Positions 46,801 to 55,217 of a stretch of DNA of 64,000 bases are shown here, piece by piece. The DNA lies in the NCBI GenBank assembly GCA_007376145.1, contig VMFP01000003.1, positions 28,741 through 92,740 on the forward strand. The letters are read 5' to 3'. Below the pieces are notes generated by a model. It was not told the DNA's origin and made no database searches. It saw nothing but the letters and a program-made list of their open reading frames with translations. A program made the position numbers and the translations under genes. Origin of the DNA: Parcubacteria group bacterium Gr01-1014_38 (GTDB lineage Bacteria; Patescibacteriota; Andersenbacteria; UBA10190; CAIZMI01). Position 1 is the stretch's first letter. The number at the start of each line of letters is the position of its first letter.

Positions 46801-47018
46801 CAATGATCACCCCGACGTGCGACCTTGCCCTGGGCGCCGCGACGTACGTGGGGCCGAACGGAGATTCGAACGCTTTGTACACCGTCACCGACACGATCAT
46901 TACGGGTTCCGCAGGCCAGCAGCCCTTCGCGCGCTGCTTCCAGTGGCGCGGCACCCTCAACGGCACGAACAATAACTCCCCGGAAGTCCAGGACGTCACG
47001 ATCACCTTCACGCCGTAA
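43893..47018 (+). CDS. Giant pilin-like protein with LVIVD-type repeats (paralog 2)
   Basis: 'AQGQALLEVLVSLAVV' prepilin-like N-terminus. It is colinear with paralog 1, including the conserved C-terminal 'IPFDA...(V/T)(K/R)FQ(I/V)R...QW(K/R)GTLNG' module. The start is taken at ATG 43893. Confidence 0.6.
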   Translation: MRTRRFRAQGQALLEVLVSLAVVSILGFAVISVVLDSLAAGRIGTERAGALASAAEGMEAARQIRFRTWRALSTGFHGVTTETAGDETRYAFSGANDTRGMFTRTVTVDQAQRDAPGNLVDSGGTTDPDTRRVASTVSWGTGITARSVNLISYLTHWNRRSWVETLKSEFNQGVLTDTEALDAPPPPTGNGSVRLRRIVSGSSSLNVKGAYNFNATGPSDGRDVAVSGGYAYLVTALGVGISRLYVIDVSTASTPVWKNPDGGGLNTGAKNYAVAVSGNYAYVATDDNNGELKVINVANPSSPALLPLCADCNLPGNADALSVAVDGSRLYVGTAANTTQFYVFDVSQPATPVRRGSLSVHAPAPDVRGISPAGNYVYLATTADAAEVVVVNVTIPSSPSVAGTENLDGASDATSLVVTANRAYVTRLGDVQFVVLNLSNPIDPSPLGSVSLGAPATDLAVSGTYAYVSTEGSEREFIRVNVSDPGIPALDGLVNLRDNSPARGVAFTGSCAYVATNGNDQELAIICGVGATDPLTVLSWFDTPVGSTNAPSVALQGTVAYLGTGDAFYAFDVSQPATPALLGRLSLPGLPAAGVHDIAVSGSYAYLATSSLTESLVIVDVSNPASLVRRGSYNAGKGGLSVAVYGPDLVFLGTDAEGGGGLFVVLNVSNPATPSFVGQATINASITDIAAAESNAAYVTLNRDLPPCGPPPVGAAPGGFRSFVRRWVFPVAYAVPCLGRAPSSSALARLGEFFRRIFAVRTAYAFHDTAEIQRVDVLNPASPAFGALFNEAGNDNGSGVVVSGPSIYLVTMDKFGEVPEFYILNYVAGPPDALQLENAGSALDIGTQVRGLAQHDDLAYLAVDVEGPGGFQVVDVTNHASPVLRNTLDLGNVGSHSVAVSGTYGYLAAHDPREFIIVKNIDSIGYVAQGTFASIPFDAETIRGWERIGWTADLNGGTVRFQVRWADPVPMITPTCDLALGAATYVGPNGDSNALYTVTDTIITGSAGQQPFARCFQWRGTLNGTNNNSPEVQDVTITFTP

Positions 47019-47036
47019 GGCGGTGGTGAAGGACCA

Positions 47037-47050
47037 AGCTTGGTATACTG
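47037..47050 (+). promoter_or_regulatory. Extended -10 promoter (AAGCTTGGTATACT)
   Basis: TGGTATACT at 47042-47050, 25 nt upstream of ORF 47075. The 9-mer is identical to 51098-51106. Confidence 0.4.
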
Positions 47051-47074
47051 GATGAACACCCCCCTCTTTGAAGA

Positions 47075-47431
47075 ATGACTACCCTCGATGTCGTCAATCA
47101 GCTGCTCACGGTCGTCCTCGCCCTGGCGGTGTGTCTGCTCACGTTCGGAGTTCTCGCGGTCGGAAGTCGTCTCTCCGGCCGCACCTCGCCGCGTTCCCTG
47201 CTTCGTCGGGCCGTGGTCGTCACGCTCCAGGATCCCCGCGTCGTGTTTGCAAGGCATGCGGCGCGGAACACCAAAACGCAGGAGATCCTCGTTCCGTTTT
47301 CGCGCTACCTGGGAGCGGCACGGCTGCTCTTGTTCGGCTTCAGCGTCACCGTGCTCCTCTTGGCGGTGAAACTCGCGCTCGTCTTCCTTCGCCTCGGGAT
47401 CGCGTTTCCCTACCGGATCTCCGGAGGGTGA
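47075..47431 (+). CDS. Possible small membrane protein
   Basis: 118 aa with two hydrophobic segments. It is supported only by the upstream promoter-like motif and its position in the operon. Several overlapping alternative frames exist. Confidence 0.25.
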   Translation: MTTLDVVNQLLTVVLALAVCLLTFGVLAVGSRLSGRTSPRSLLRRAVVVTLQDPRVVFARHAARNTKTQEILVPFSRYLGAARLLLFGFSVTVLLLAVKLALVFLRLGIAFPYRISGG

Positions 47432-47441
47432 TCCTTCCAAA

Positions 47442-47954
47442 ATGCCCCGCCGCGCTTCTGGTTTCACGCTCCTCGAACTCCTCGTGTACATCGGGATTGT
47501 GGCGGTCGTCATCACCGCGGTGACGGCCCTGACCATTGACCTCCTCCGCGGTCGGGCAAAGGCCACCTCGCTCGAAGTCGTGAACCAGAACGCCCGCCTG
47601 GTCCTCGAGCGGATGACCACGGCGATCCGGGAGGCGAACCTCGTCAACGGGCCGCCGGCTTCCATCTTCGGGAGTTCTCCGGGACGTCTCTCTCTCGCGA
47701 TGCCAGAGGTAGGGCGGAACCCGACCGTGTTCGACGTCTTTGCCAATGAGCTTCGGATTACCGAGGGGAGCGGCGGCGTGGCCACGCCGCTCACCTCGCC
47801 CGATGTCGAAGTGGCGTCACTCACCTTCACGCATTTAAACCAGGCCACCTCGGAGGGAATCCAGATCAACCTGACCGTGCGCCGAAAGAATGTCTCCGGA
47901 GCCCCGGAGTTTACCGTGGTGCAGACCTATGTGGCGGGAACCATTGTCCGGTAA
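47442..47954 (+). CDS. Prepilin-type pseudopilin
   Basis: 'SGFTLLELLVYIGIVAVV'. Confidence 0.65.
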   Translation: MPRRASGFTLLELLVYIGIVAVVITAVTALTIDLLRGRAKATSLEVVNQNARLVLERMTTAIREANLVNGPPASIFGSSPGRLSLAMPEVGRNPTVFDVFANELRITEGSGGVATPLTSPDVEVASLTFTHLNQATSEGIQINLTVRRKNVSGAPEFTVVQTYVAGTIVR

Positions 47955-47955
47955 C

Positions 47956-48405
47956 ATGCCGTCGGAGAGGGCGCGTCGCGAGGAAGGGGCGGTCGCGCTT
48001 ATCACGGTTCTCGTGCTCATGGCCGTGGCCCTCGCGATCGTCACCGGTATGAACCTCCTCGCGATCTCCGAGTCTTCCACGACCTCCCTGCAGGTGCAGA
48101 GCAATCGAACGTTCCACGGTGCGGACGCCTGCGTGGAGGAGGCCCTGTATCGCCTTACCAAGAATACGGCCTTCACCGGAGGGCAGGTTCGGGCCGGCGG
48201 CGTCTTCTGCGACGTGGGGGTGGTTGACCTCGGTTTAGGCCAGCGGCAGGTTACGGCGTGCGCGACGGACGGGACCACGGGGTGCACGGTGCAGGGACGG
48301 CTGAAGCGGCGGATAGAGGCGGTGGCGCAGATCACCACCATCACGATTTCCGGCCGGCCGATTCAGACGATTTCCTTGACCTCGTGGAAGGAATTGACGC
48401 AGTAG
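47956..48405 (+). CDS. PilX-like minor pilin
   Basis: 'EEGAVALITVLVLMAVALAIVTG' PilX_N-like hydrophobic N-terminus. The start is taken at ATG 47956. Confidence 0.5.
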   Translation: MPSERARREEGAVALITVLVLMAVALAIVTGMNLLAISESSTTSLQVQSNRTFHGADACVEEALYRLTKNTAFTGGQVRAGGVFCDVGVVDLGLGQRQVTACATDGTTGCTVQGRLKRRIEAVAQITTITISGRPIQTISLTSWKELTQ

Positions 48406-48412
48406 GGAGTCC

Positions 48413-50170
48413 ATGAGGTTGTTCCAGAGAGCGAAGCCTCCTAAGCCACCGTCTTCGATCGTCCGCGCGGCCCGACGCCTGGCGTCGGTTCTTCCCGAAC
48501 CTTCCGTGCGGGTGCGGCTGACGCCGGTATCCCGCGCCTTCGGTTTGGACATCTCGGACACCTCTCTCGAGGGCATGGAGCTCGAATTTCGGCGAGGGAG
48601 TTTGAAGCTCCGCGCGTATAACCGCGTGCTCCTCGATGCCGGCGTCGTCGTTGACGGAGAGATTCTCCAGGCACAAAGCCTCCGGAGCGCGCTTCTTTCG
48701 TTGCTGAAAGGAGCGCGTCCGAGCTCGTTTTCCGGAAAGGCCGTGGTGACCCTCCCGGAATCGAAGGTGTACCTGCACACCTTCGAGTTTCCCACCCGCC
48801 TCCGCGAGCGACAGATCCGCGAGGCGATCCCCTTTGAAGTCCAAGGGGTCCTCCCCGTGGATCTTGCGGACATGGAGACGGATCTTCTCTTCCACCACTC
48901 TCGCGACCGGCTGTCGCAGCACGTGCTCTTCGCGGCGGTGCCGAGGAAGCTCGTGGAGTCGTACCTCTCGCTGCTGACCGCTGCCGGCATCGAGGCGGTC
49001 GCGTTTGACATTGAGTCGTACACGCTCGCCCGTTCCCTGATCGGGTTGCGCTCCGATCCGGTGCTGCTTGCTGACCTCGGCGCACAACGAACGACGCTGG
49101 CGGTCGTGGAGCGGGGAGGGGTTCACGGAGCGGTGAGCATCCCGGTTGGCGGGACGACCATTACCGAGGCCATCAAGCGCGCGGCCGGCGTCTCGCCGGA
49201 GGAAGCAGGCATCATCAAGGGCACCACGGGACTCACGGCGGAAACCCCCGCCGCCGTGCGCTCGGCGATCGAAGAATCCCTCCGTCCGCTCTTCCACGAG
49301 ATGAATCAGGTGCTTCGCTCGCACGAGGGTCATACGGGAAGGAAAGCGGAAGGCACCGTCCTCGCTGGCGGGAGCGCTCTCCTTCCCGGTCTCGACGCTG
49401 CTGTCGCCGACGCCACCGGGCGGACGGCGAGCGTCGGTGACCCCTTCGCGACTCCCGCCGTCCAGTTTCCGGCGCAATTGTCCGAAGCGGATATCGAGTG
49501 GCTGCAGCGCGGCCGACTCTTTTTTGCCGCGAGCGTCGGTCTCGCGATTCGCGGAGCTCGCCGCAACTCTCCCGAACACGGAGTGAATCTTCTCCCCCAC
49601 GCGTTTCGCCAGCGCTACGTGCGCTGGCGCGAGAATCTCGCCTTGACGGCGCTGTCCCTTCTCACCGTGGCCGTGTGCACGTCCCTCTTTGTCGTCCTTG
49701 GGCTTGAGCTTCTCGGCGCACGATTTGCGGCACGGAGCATCCGGGCGGAGGCCGAGCCCGTCCGCGCGGCCCTCCAGAGCACGCGCTTTTCCTCGGCGGT
49801 TGCCGAGGCGAAGGCCGTGAACCAGGAAGTCGAGGCCGTGAAGTCCTTTTCGGCGCATCGCGTGGATCCGCTCCACCACCTCGAACGCATCCGTTCGGCC
49901 ATTCCCCTCGGCATCCGCCTGATTGGCGTGCAGGCGGAGATTCCGCCCGGCTCCTTGGCGAACCTGACCGTCAAGCTCCAGGGAGTGGCAGATACGCGAG
50001 AGCAATTCTTGGATTTTGAGAAGAGCATGCGCGCGCTCCCAGGGATTCTCGGGGTCGATTCCCCGCTCACGAATCTTGACAAGCCGACGGCCGTTCCCTT
50101 CGTCCTGAACCTGACGCTGGCAACGTCGCCGCCGTCTCCGACGCCTTCCCCTGTTCTTCCCTCGCCGTGA
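48413..50170 (+). CDS. PilM-PilN fusion (type IV pilus assembly)
   Basis: N-terminal actin-like PilM region ('LADLGAQRTTLAVVERG', 'VLAGGSALLPGL'). The C-terminal PilN-like portion has a TM segment ('LALTALSLLTVAVCTSLFVV'). Confidence 0.7.
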   Translation: MRLFQRAKPPKPPSSIVRAARRLASVLPEPSVRVRLTPVSRAFGLDISDTSLEGMELEFRRGSLKLRAYNRVLLDAGVVVDGEILQAQSLRSALLSLLKGARPSSFSGKAVVTLPESKVYLHTFEFPTRLRERQIREAIPFEVQGVLPVDLADMETDLLFHHSRDRLSQHVLFAAVPRKLVESYLSLLTAAGIEAVAFDIESYTLARSLIGLRSDPVLLADLGAQRTTLAVVERGGVHGAVSIPVGGTTITEAIKRAAGVSPEEAGIIKGTTGLTAETPAAVRSAIEESLRPLFHEMNQVLRSHEGHTGRKAEGTVLAGGSALLPGLDAAVADATGRTASVGDPFATPAVQFPAQLSEADIEWLQRGRLFFAASVGLAIRGARRNSPEHGVNLLPHAFRQRYVRWRENLALTALSLLTVAVCTSLFVVLGLELLGARFAARSIRAEAEPVRAALQSTRFSSAVAEAKAVNQEVEAVKSFSAHRVDPLHHLERIRSAIPLGIRLIGVQAEIPPGSLANLTVKLQGVADTREQFLDFEKSMRALPGILGVDSPLTNLDKPTAVPFVLNLTLATSPPSPTPSPVLPSP

Positions 50171-50772
50171 ACGACCTCGTTCGACGCAACACCTTCGTCC
50201 GCTTCGCCGCTCTCTACGCGGTCTTCTCCCTCGTCATCCTCGTGGTCTCCGGGAGTCTCCTTCACCGGGTCGGAAGGAGCGTTCGCGAGGATCGAGGATT
50301 GCTCGCCCGTCGCGAGGAACTCTCTCGGGATTTCGAGAAGCTGCTGAAGGATTTGCACGAAACGGAGCGCGCGCGGCGGGCCCTCCTGCTCATCCGCCCG
50401 CATCCGGAAGAACTCGTCTCGTTCATCCGAGGCTTGGAGCGGGCCGCTGCCCGGGCCTTCATTGACCAGAACATCACCGCCTTTCCTGGAATCATTCCGG
50501 TTGGCCAGGGCGCCTATCCCTCCCCCATCGTGCGGTACCGGGCCTCCCTGAACGGGCCGTGGGAGAAGTTCGAAGCGTATCTCCGCGAGCTTCAACAGCT
50601 TCCCCACCTCATCCGGATCGAGGCGATCCACATGGGGACGACGCCCGACGGGAGTCTTCTCAAGCAGGGCCAGATTGAGGCGCTCTTTGCGGTTGCGGTG
50701 CTGGATCCCGCCGCGCCTCGTCCAGGCTCGCCGGGAGCCGCGGACGTTCCGGTTTCTTCTCCGTCTCCTTGA
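50167..50772 (+). CDS. PilO-like pilus assembly protein
   Basis: N-terminal TM plus a coiled-coil periplasmic domain. It overlaps the PilMN stop. Confidence 0.4.
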   Translation: MNDLVRRNTFVRFAALYAVFSLVILVVSGSLLHRVGRSVREDRGLLARREELSRDFEKLLKDLHETERARRALLLIRPHPEELVSFIRGLERAAARAFIDQNITAFPGIIPVGQGAYPSPIVRYRASLNGPWEKFEAYLRELQQLPHLIRIEAIHMGTTPDGSLLKQGQIEALFAVAVLDPAAPRPGSPGAADVPVSSPSP

Positions 50773-50778
50773 AATGTC

Positions 50779-51039
50779 ATGAACTGGGTTATCTCGAAAC
50801 GTTTTTGGTGGATACTCGGGTCCACGGCGTACCTCGTGGTTCTTTTGAGCGTCTTCGTGCGCGTCCTTTCCTTCGTTCGGGAGGAGCGCGCCTTGCGCGA
50901 ATCACCCATCGAGCAAGCAAACCTCGTGATCCAGCTCCAGCAAGACGATCTTCGGAACATTTCCACGTGGATCTTGCGGTCGCCGCCTCCGCCGCCGTCT
51001 CTGACTCCTTCCCCCTCCACCCCGCAGCCAACGCCCTAA
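50779..51039 (+). CDS. Small membrane protein with Pro-rich tail
   Basis: 86 aa, one TM, and a C-terminal PPPPPS...PSTPQPTP tail. Confidence 0.3.
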   Translation: MNWVISKRFWWILGSTAYLVVLLSVFVRVLSFVREERALRESPIEQANLVIQLQQDDLRNISTWILRSPPPPPSLTPSPSTPQPTP

Positions 51040-51086
51040 AGAACCGACGCTTCTTGACTCTTTACTCTTTGACGCGCACCCGAGGG

Positions 51087-51106
51087 AAGCTTGGAGATGG
51101 TATACT
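51087..51106 (+). promoter_or_regulatory. Extended -10 promoter of major pilin gene
   Basis: AAGCTTGGAGATGGTATACT. TGGTATACT at 51098-51106, 61 nt upstream of the pilin ATG. Confidence 0.45.
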
Positions 51107-51166
51107 CATCTGCAGAGGTTGTGGATAACTCTTTATTCGTAAAGGACATCTAACCAAAACACCGCC

Positions 51167-51763
51167 ATGAAATCTCGCTACGCAGGATTTACTCTCATCG
51201 AACTCCTCATCGTCATCGCCATCATCGGGATTCTCGCCGCGGTGGTGATCATCGCGGTAAACCCCGGTCGGCAGCTTGCCCAGGCGAACGACGCCCGTCG
51301 TTCCAGCGAGGTCAACGCCCTCCTGAACGCGATCGGGCAGTATGGCGCAGACAACACGGGGCAAATACCTAGACAAAATACCGCACCTGGTTCCGCCTTC
51401 CCGATTGATACCATCGTCACGTGCGGGACTCCGGCATTGCCCTGCGTTCAGGTGGTGATGACAGACGCGAATGCTACCTGTGAGGTCATCGCGGGTACTC
51501 AGTGCCTCGGCTCGCCGACCGCGACGGCACGGGTGAACCTTCCCACAACGGGCTTCTGTGCCGATTTAAGCGATCCAGATAATCCCTCTCCGGCTGGAGA
51601 CGATGACCTCGTTCCCTTGTACCTCACCGGGATTCCTATCGATCCGCAAGCACCCGCAATCGACGAGTCAGATTACTACGTGAACCATGACCCCGGCACG
51701 CGCCGGATCACGGTGGGAGCGTGCAACCCCCAGATTCAAGCGTCGATCGAAGTCACGCGCTAG
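51167..51763 (+). CDS. Type IV major pilin
   Basis: 'AGFTLIELLIVIAIIGILAAVV' canonical prepilin peptidase site with Glu+5. Cys pairs in the C-terminal domain. Confidence 0.85.
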   Translation: MKSRYAGFTLIELLIVIAIIGILAAVVIIAVNPGRQLAQANDARRSSEVNALLNAIGQYGADNTGQIPRQNTAPGSAFPIDTIVTCGTPALPCVQVVMTDANATCEVIAGTQCLGSPTATARVNLPTTGFCADLSDPDNPSPAGDDDLVPLYLTGIPIDPQAPAIDESDYYVNHDPGTRRITVGACNPQIQASIEVTR

Positions 51764-51785
51764 GGATACACCAATCTTCCAAGAC

Positions 51786-51816
51786 CGGGAGCCGGAAATG
51801 CGGCTCCCGCGTTTTG
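51786..51816 (+). terminator. Rho-independent terminator after pilin gene
   Basis: Stem cgggagccg / cggctcccg (51786-51794 / 51801-51809) with loop gaaatg, followed by cgttttgtgg. Confidence 0.6.
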
Positions 51817-51835
51817 TGGGTGCAAGCGCGGGCGG

Positions 51836-53173
51836 CTAGTACGCCCCGCGGCCGGTGAGAATGCGCGGGACCGTCTTTAAGAGAATCGCGAGGTCGAGCG
51901 CGAAGGAGGCATTGTGCACGTAGTAGACGTCGTACTCCAGGTGCTTCTGGAGCGGGAGGTCTTTGCGCCCGAGGACTTGCCAGAGTCCCGTGAGTCCGGG
52001 GCGGACGCGAAAGCGCATCCGCTGCCACGGCGTGCACTGGTTGGCGATGTAGAGCATCGCCGGACGGGGACCGACCAGGCTCATCTCGCCCTGGAGGACG
52101 TTCCAGAACTGGGGAAGCTCATCGAGGCTCCAGCGCCGGAGGAACCGCCCGACGGCGGTGACGCGCTCATCCGTCGGGTCTTCCGGAGCGTCCGCGGCCG
52201 GAGGATCCGCCCGCATCGTGCGGAACTTCAGCATGCGGAACCGGCGCTCGCGGAGGCCCACGCGGGGATGCGCGAAGAACGCGGGTCGCCCGGACTCTCC
52301 CCAGATCGCCAGGACGATGATCCCGACCAGCGGGAGCACCAGCGGGGCCAGGGCAAGCGACACGATGAGATCCATCGCCCGTTTTCCCCCGTTCGTCCAG
52401 AGGCCCTGCTCTGGCGCGTGGAGATCCAAAGTCGCCATCCCCGTTCCGAGCGAGAGGAGACCTTGGTCCCCCTTCAGGAGCGGGAAGTACTCGGAGAGCG
52501 TGCTGAAGCGAAGATTGGGGACATCCGCGAGGAGAGCAATCAGGCTCAAGATCGTCTCGCGCGGTAGGCTCCGGTCGAGGAGCACGACGTGAGACACTCC
52601 TTTGTCGCGAAGCATGGTGGCAATGGACTGCGCGAGTTCCGGCGCGGAGCCGCGCGGATCAATGGCCAGATGCAGGTGCTCTCCGTCCGTGACATTCGTC
52701 GCGAGCGGTTCGCTCGCGACGTTCGGCGCGCTGGCGCCAACGACGAGCACGCGAGCAGAGGATCCAAGCTTCCGGCGGCCCTCCCAGACGTGCACGAGCG
52801 ATCGTCCCACGACTGTCCCCATGAGAGTGAACGCTCCAAGGAGGAGCAGGAGTGCGCGCGAGGGACCATGCTGGGTGAGGTACGATCCCGCCATGAGGAG
52901 GGTGAGCCAGACCGCCACGGCGCGGACGATCTTCGTCAACGCCGCGAGGTTGGCGGCGGGGACCGCGCGGGCGTAGAGCCCGTGCTGCCAGACCACGGCC
53001 ACGAACGAGACGAGCGCGATCGGGAGAAGGGGAAGGTAAAACTCCAGGGGCTGGATGGGAAAGCGGAGCGCCTGGAATGGTTCCCACTGCCGGACCGCGT
53101 AGGCGCCCGCAAAGGCGGCGAGGACCGCCAGACCGTCCACGGCGCCGCGGAGGAGAGGATTCACCTTCGCCAT
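51836..53173 (-). CDS. Undecaprenyl-phosphate sugar phosphotransferase (bacterial sugar transferase family)
   Basis: Multi-TM N-terminus plus C-terminal 'KFRTM...SLVGPRP...PGLTGLWQV' motifs. Confidence 0.85.
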   Translation of the reverse strand: MAKVNPLLRGAVDGLAVLAAFAGAYAVRQWEPFQALRFPIQPLEFYLPLLPIALVSFVAVVWQHGLYARAVPAANLAALTKIVRAVAVWLTLLMAGSYLTQHGPSRALLLLLGAFTLMGTVVGRSLVHVWEGRRKLGSSARVLVVGASAPNVASEPLATNVTDGEHLHLAIDPRGSAPELAQSIATMLRDKGVSHVVLLDRSLPRETILSLIALLADVPNLRFSTLSEYFPLLKGDQGLLSLGTGMATLDLHAPEQGLWTNGGKRAMDLIVSLALAPLVLPLVGIIVLAIWGESGRPAFFAHPRVGLRERRFRMLKFRTMRADPPAADAPEDPTDERVTAVGRFLRRWSLDELPQFWNVLQGEMSLVGPRPAMLYIANQCTPWQRMRFRVRPGLTGLWQVLGRKDLPLQKHLEYDVYYVHNASFALDLAILLKTVPRILTGRGAY

Positions 53174-54366
53174 CAGCGGGAAGCGCCCACGGAGTGCGTC
53201 ACGCGGATCAGCAGAGGCTCGAAGGCAGCATCCAGCGCCCGCAGGCTGTAGTGGCGTTCAACGGTTTCCCGTCCCGCAGCGCCGAGCCTCGCGCGGAGCG
53301 AGGGATCTTTCAGCGCCAGCGTGACGGCCGCGGCAAACGCGTCCGGCGAAGAGGCGAGGAGGAGGTTCTCGCCATGCTGCGTCTGGAGTCCCTCCGCGCC
53401 GACCGGCGTGGAAACAACCGCTTTCCCCATTGCCCAGGCTTGGAGAATTTTGTTCCGCGTTCCGCTGCCCGCCAGGAGCGGAACGACGACGACCGCAGAA
53501 CGAGCAATCTCCGGGCGGAGGTCAGGCACGAATCCCTTGATGATCACCGACGGTTCTGTGCGTAAAGAGCGAACGGCGCGCGTCGGGCGAAGACCGCAGA
53601 TGATCAATGTGACGTCGGGAATCCGGGCGCGAATGCGCGGGAGGACGTTTCGGACGAAGAAACGAACGGCCGAGATATTCGGGACCTTGTCCAAGAGCCC
53701 GCTGAAGAGGAGCTGGGATGGCTCTTCGCGTTCTGGCCGGGGGAAGAATGCGTCCGTATCCACGACATTCGGGATCACGTGACACCGGACGTCTGGGGGG
53801 AGTGTGGTGCGGAGCATCTCTTGGTCACTCGGCGATGCCACCACCCAGTGTCGGAACCGCTGCGCGGCGTTCCGCTCGGCGTGTTGGTATGCCCACGCCT
53901 CGCGCCGGAACGCCGGTCGAAGGACCTTGGGGCTGTACGGCGCGGCGCGTCGGTATGACCGTGCCATCGCATCGGTCACGTCGAGGAGCGAGGGGGTGGG
54001 GACCGGCGCAGGGACGAACTGCGCTGACCGGAGACGTTTGACGTAGAGGAGGTCGGGCCGAAACCTCGCGATTTCTTCCGCGACGGCCGCACGCATAGCG
54101 CGCGAAGCGCAGTAGGCGAGTTCCAGCGGTTGTCGGCGAGCAAGGGCCAGGAGACAGGAGCGCAACGACGCGGAAAACGGATGCGGAACAATCCGAGCGG
54201 ACACCGGCAGGTGGGAAAGTGCCCCCAGTGTTCGGCCTGGATCATGGCTGGGGTCGAGCGCGACTAGGCGCACCTCATGTTTCTTGGCGAGCGCCGACAG
54301 CAGGTTCAGCGCTCGGGTGCGGTGGAGCGGGGAAGGAACGGACGGCGACAGAAAGAGGATTTTCAT
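53173..54366 (-). CDS. Glycosyltransferase family 4
   Basis: GT-B fold pattern with a C-terminal GT4 domain. Confidence 0.7.
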   Translation of the reverse strand: MKILFLSPSVPSPLHRTRALNLLSALAKKHEVRLVALDPSHDPGRTLGALSHLPVSARIVPHPFSASLRSCLLALARRQPLELAYCASRAMRAAVAEEIARFRPDLLYVKRLRSAQFVPAPVPTPSLLDVTDAMARSYRRAAPYSPKVLRPAFRREAWAYQHAERNAAQRFRHWVVASPSDQEMLRTTLPPDVRCHVIPNVVDTDAFFPRPEREEPSQLLFSGLLDKVPNISAVRFFVRNVLPRIRARIPDVTLIICGLRPTRAVRSLRTEPSVIIKGFVPDLRPEIARSAVVVVPLLAGSGTRNKILQAWAMGKAVVSTPVGAEGLQTQHGENLLLASSPDAFAAAVTLALKDPSLRARLGAAGRETVERHYSLRALDAAFEPLLIRVTHSVGASR

Positions 54367-54372
54367 GGGGTC

Positions 54373-55179
54373 TTACCGAAAACGCCGCTCGAGAGCGAGG
54401 AGGAAGCGAAACACGCGGTCGTCCGCCTTGGTCCCATGGGTGCGGAAATAGCGTTGGAGCCCGGAGCGCATGAGCTTCGCCTTCTGTGGTGCGCGATCCG
54501 GGCGACGCCCGTGATCGGCGTGGATGGCGGTGCGCACCGGAAGGTACTGTATCGTCCACCCCTTCTTCCGCGCTCGGACGCACCACTCGAGATCTTCGGT
54601 GTACAGGAAGTACGACTCGTCGAGCGGACCGACGTTATCGAACGCCTCACGGCGCATCAGGAGACATGATCCGGTGAGCCACGCGGGCTGCCGTGCGCCG
54701 ACGTAGAACCAGGGATGGCGATAGGTGTGGGAGGGAAGGAGCAGCCGCGCGCCCGGAATCCGATCGAGGAGCACGCGGACGGGATGAGGGAAAGGCCCCA
54801 TGCTGGGCTGCAGCGAACCGTCGGGATTCTCGATCCTCCCACCCGCTGCGGCGCAGCGAGGGGCATGCTGCAGATGCGAGAGCAGCGCCCCGATCCCTTC
54901 CGGAACGATCACTGCGTCTTGGTTGAGGAGGAGGCAGAAGGGCGCACGCGTCGCGCGGATCGCTTGATTACACGCTGCTGCAAACCCGACGTTCTGGTCA
55001 TTGCAGATGAGGCGGGCTGCAGGACTCACCTCGCGAACGAGGTCGGGAGTTCGATCTGTCGAGGCATTGTCAACCACCGTCACGCTCACCGACGTCAGGA
55101 GCCGTACCGACCGGAGACAAGCCCCGATCACCTCCTGACCGTTCCATGCAAGGATGATCACGTCCAGCGGGATCGACAT
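54373..55179 (-). CDS. Glycosyltransferase family 2
   Basis: 'VIILAWNGQE...VVDNASTD' and the 'DAV' DxD region. Confidence 0.8.
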   Translation of the reverse strand: MSIPLDVIILAWNGQEVIGACLRSVRLLTSVSVTVVDNASTDRTPDLVREVSPAARLICNDQNVGFAAACNQAIRATRAPFCLLLNQDAVIVPEGIGALLSHLQHAPRCAAAGGRIENPDGSLQPSMGPFPHPVRVLLDRIPGARLLLPSHTYRHPWFYVGARQPAWLTGSCLLMRREAFDNVGPLDESYFLYTEDLEWCVRARKKGWTIQYLPVRTAIHADHGRRPDRAPQKAKLMRSGLQRYFRTHGTKADDRVFRFLLALERRFR

Positions 55180-55217
55180 CGGTCGTTGAAGTTCACTTCA
55201 GCATACCATCGAGCCTC

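Noticed and set aside
48341-50005. 554-aa minus-strand ORF antisense to the PilM-PilN gene
   Set aside because: Low-complexity Arg/Gly-rich translation opposite a gene with clear PilM/PilN features.
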